This document shows, piece after piece, positions 62,701 to 64,000 of a stretch of DNA of 64,000 nt. A program made the position numbers and the translations under genes. The notes under the pieces were generated by a model. The model was not told where the DNA came from. It did no database searches and saw only the letters and a list, made by a program, of their open reading frames with translations. The DNA is from Botryllus schlosseri (Eukaryota). How positions within the stretch are numbered: the stretch's first letter is position 1; each line of letters opens with the position of its first letter. The stretch covers positions 10,914,001 through 10,978,000 of the forward strand of contig CM119372.1 of assembly GCA_051294905.1 (NCBI GenBank), read 5' to 3'.

Positions 62701-64000
62701 ACATCAACTGCAAGATCGCTATCGACGTGTGCGTCAGCGATGGCGAGAGTGTTGTCTGCTACATCGACTTCGACGCCGTGACCGCCAGAATGATCACCGT
62801 CCACATTGACGCCGAGTCCCATTGGGCCCATGGCGAATTGGAATCCGTTGTTTGCGTTGGCGTGTGCAATAGCATCACCGCTTCCGTAGTGAGGTCCTCC
62901 GGTTGCGATTGCTTTAGCAGCGGCGTTGTTTCCGAAGTTAAGGTTAATTCCGCCCATACCCATGTTTGCGAAGAGGTCGCCGTATTGTCCTTTGCCTCCG
63001 TCGGTGGTGACATCAACTGCAAGATCGCTATCGACGTGTGCGTCAGCGATGGCGAGAGTGTTGTCTGCTACATCGACTTCGACGCCGTGACCGCCAGAAT
63101 GATCACCGTCCACATTGACGCCGAGTCCCATTGGGCCCATGGCGAATTGGAATCCGTTGTTTGCGTTGGCGTGTGCAATAGCATCACCGCTTCCGTAGTG
63201 AGGTCCTCCGGTTGCGATTGCTTTAGCAGCGGCGTTGTTTCCGAAGTTAAGGTTAATTCCGCCCATACCCATGTTTGCGAAGAGGTCGCCGTATTGTCCT
63301 TTGCCTCCGTCGGTGGTGACATCAACTGCAAGATCGCTATCGACGTGTGCGTCAGCGATGGCGAGAGTGTTGTCTGCTACATCGACTTCGACGCCGTGAC
63401 CGCCAGAATGATCACCGTCCACATTGACGCCGAGTCCCATTGGGCCCATGGCGAATTGGAATCCGTTGTTTGCGTTGGCGTGTGCAATAGCATCACCGCT
63501 TCCGTAGTGAGGTCCTCCGGTTGCGATTGCTTTAGCAGCGGCGTTGTTTCCGAAGTTAAGGTTAATTCCGCCCATACCCATGTTTGCGAAGAGGTCGCCG
63601 TATTGTCCTTTGCCTCCGTCGGTGGTGACATCAACTGCAAGATCGCTATCGACGTGTGCGTCAGCGATGGCGAGAGTGTTGTCTGCTACATCGACTTCGA
63701 CGCCGTGACCGCCAGAATGATCACCGTCCACATTGACGCCGAGTCCCATTGGGCCCATGGCGAATTGGAATCTGTTGTTTGCGTTGGCGTGTGCAATAGC
63801 ATCACCGCTTCCGTAGTGAGGTCCTCCGGTTGCGATTGCTTTAGCAGCGGCGTTGTTTCCGAAGTTAAGGTTAATTCCGCCCATACCCATGTTTGCGAAG
63901 AGGTCGCCGTATTGTCCTTTGCCTCCGTCGGTGGTGACATCAACTGCAAGATCGCTATCGACGTGTGCGTCAGCGATGGCGAGAGTGTTGTCTGCTACAT
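32487..64000 (-). CDS. Giant vWF/gel-forming-mucin-architecture protein (5' end outside window), over 9,300 aa visible
   Basis: Giant repeat exon (from beyond 64000 to 40333) spliced in frame to 17 GT-AG exons with consistent phases: 40171-39532, 39475-39281, 39144-38979, 38473-38369, 38054-37953, 37827-37609, 37115-36883, 36822-36478, 36413-36069, 35975-35781, 35723-35499, 35042-34597, 34527-34337, 34110-33883, 33452-33231, 32983-32840, 32782-32487. Confidence 0.88.
32840..35975 (-). CDS. Seven exons encoding tandem vWC-like Cys-rich modules
   Basis: Repeated C..C...CCPxYECxC units; GEQW, GSVW and GQTW vWC starts. Confidence 0.85.
36069..37115 (-). CDS. Three exons encoding vWD-C8-TIL
   Basis: CTGYS...ISTFDG...CPCTHVLA; VPAKFSGKTEGLCG...NDL; CSALAAYATEC...WRSARLC; YSACGP...TC...EGCFC. 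Confidence 0.88.
37609..39475 (-). CDS. Five exons encoding vWC-like modules
   Basis: GSVWRENAGCENCICIGGEVKC, GETWVCEDTCEECTC, GDSWEHATDSCLICEC, repeated CCPxYEC. Confidence 0.85.
39532..40171 (-). CDS. Exon: Cys-rich modules, one diverged repeat unit and a TIL-like tail
   Basis: CDPEQC...CCASYECLCNPTKCP...CCPVKKC, then ALAHANSF...SNAAKATA, then CPADKYFDGYTCVFAQDCPC. Confidence 0.85.
40333..64000 (-). CDS. Giant coding exon (at least 23,668 nt) of 103-aa repeats ending in a vWC-like start
   Basis: Stop-free 7853-aa ORF; ends CVDETGRERSFGETWYCNGDPCIVSAC...EIK at donor AA|GTAAGT; phase 2 matches the acceptor at 40171. Confidence 0.88.
40510..64000. repeat. Coding tandem array, 309-bp unit, about 76 copies
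   Basis: Exact 309-bp periodicity in sequence and ORF track; interior units differ by only 0-2 substitutions, except the rearranged unit near 59840. Confidence 0.98.

Noticed and set aside
40820..63949. About 75 repeated 87-aa minus-strand ORFs (MQLMSPPTEAK...), superficially Ser/Thr-rich and mucin-like
   Set aside because: Alternative frame of the 309-bp repeat with a stop in every unit and TTG starts; only the long frame joins the downstream exons
40510..64000. CRISPR array or non-coding satellite
   Set aside because: No unique spacers; unit length is a multiple of 3; the frame is open throughout and runs into a vWC module and a canonical splice donor

Overview
Eukaryotic, AT-rich, transposon-dense metazoan DNA. 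The compact 56-70 nt introns and MITE-rich intergenic space fit an invertebrate deuterostome such as an ascidian, but the taxon is an inference. Positions 1-31,500 hold a truncated Ty3/Gypsy LTR retrotransposon, a complete six-exon mitochondrial pseudouridine synthase gene (RPUSD4-like, minus strand), and many nested MITEs, foldback elements and SINEs, several with intact target-site duplications (TSDs). Positions 32,487-64,000 hold the 3' part of a giant minus-strand vWF/gel-forming-mucin-architecture gene. Seventeen small exons encode vWC-like repeats, vWD-C8-TIL and a C-terminal cystine knot. They are spliced in frame to one exon of at least 23.6 kb, which carries about 76 near-identical 309-bp units encoding a 103-aa Gly/Ala/Asp/Asn/His-rich, Cys-free, non-PTS repeat with beta-strand-like patterning. 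The array shows 12- and 15-unit block duplications, an almost stop-free antisense frame, and one length-neutral inverted replacement that swaps 40 antisense-encoded residues into the protein without breaking the frame. A diverged orphan repeat unit sits in the next exon.
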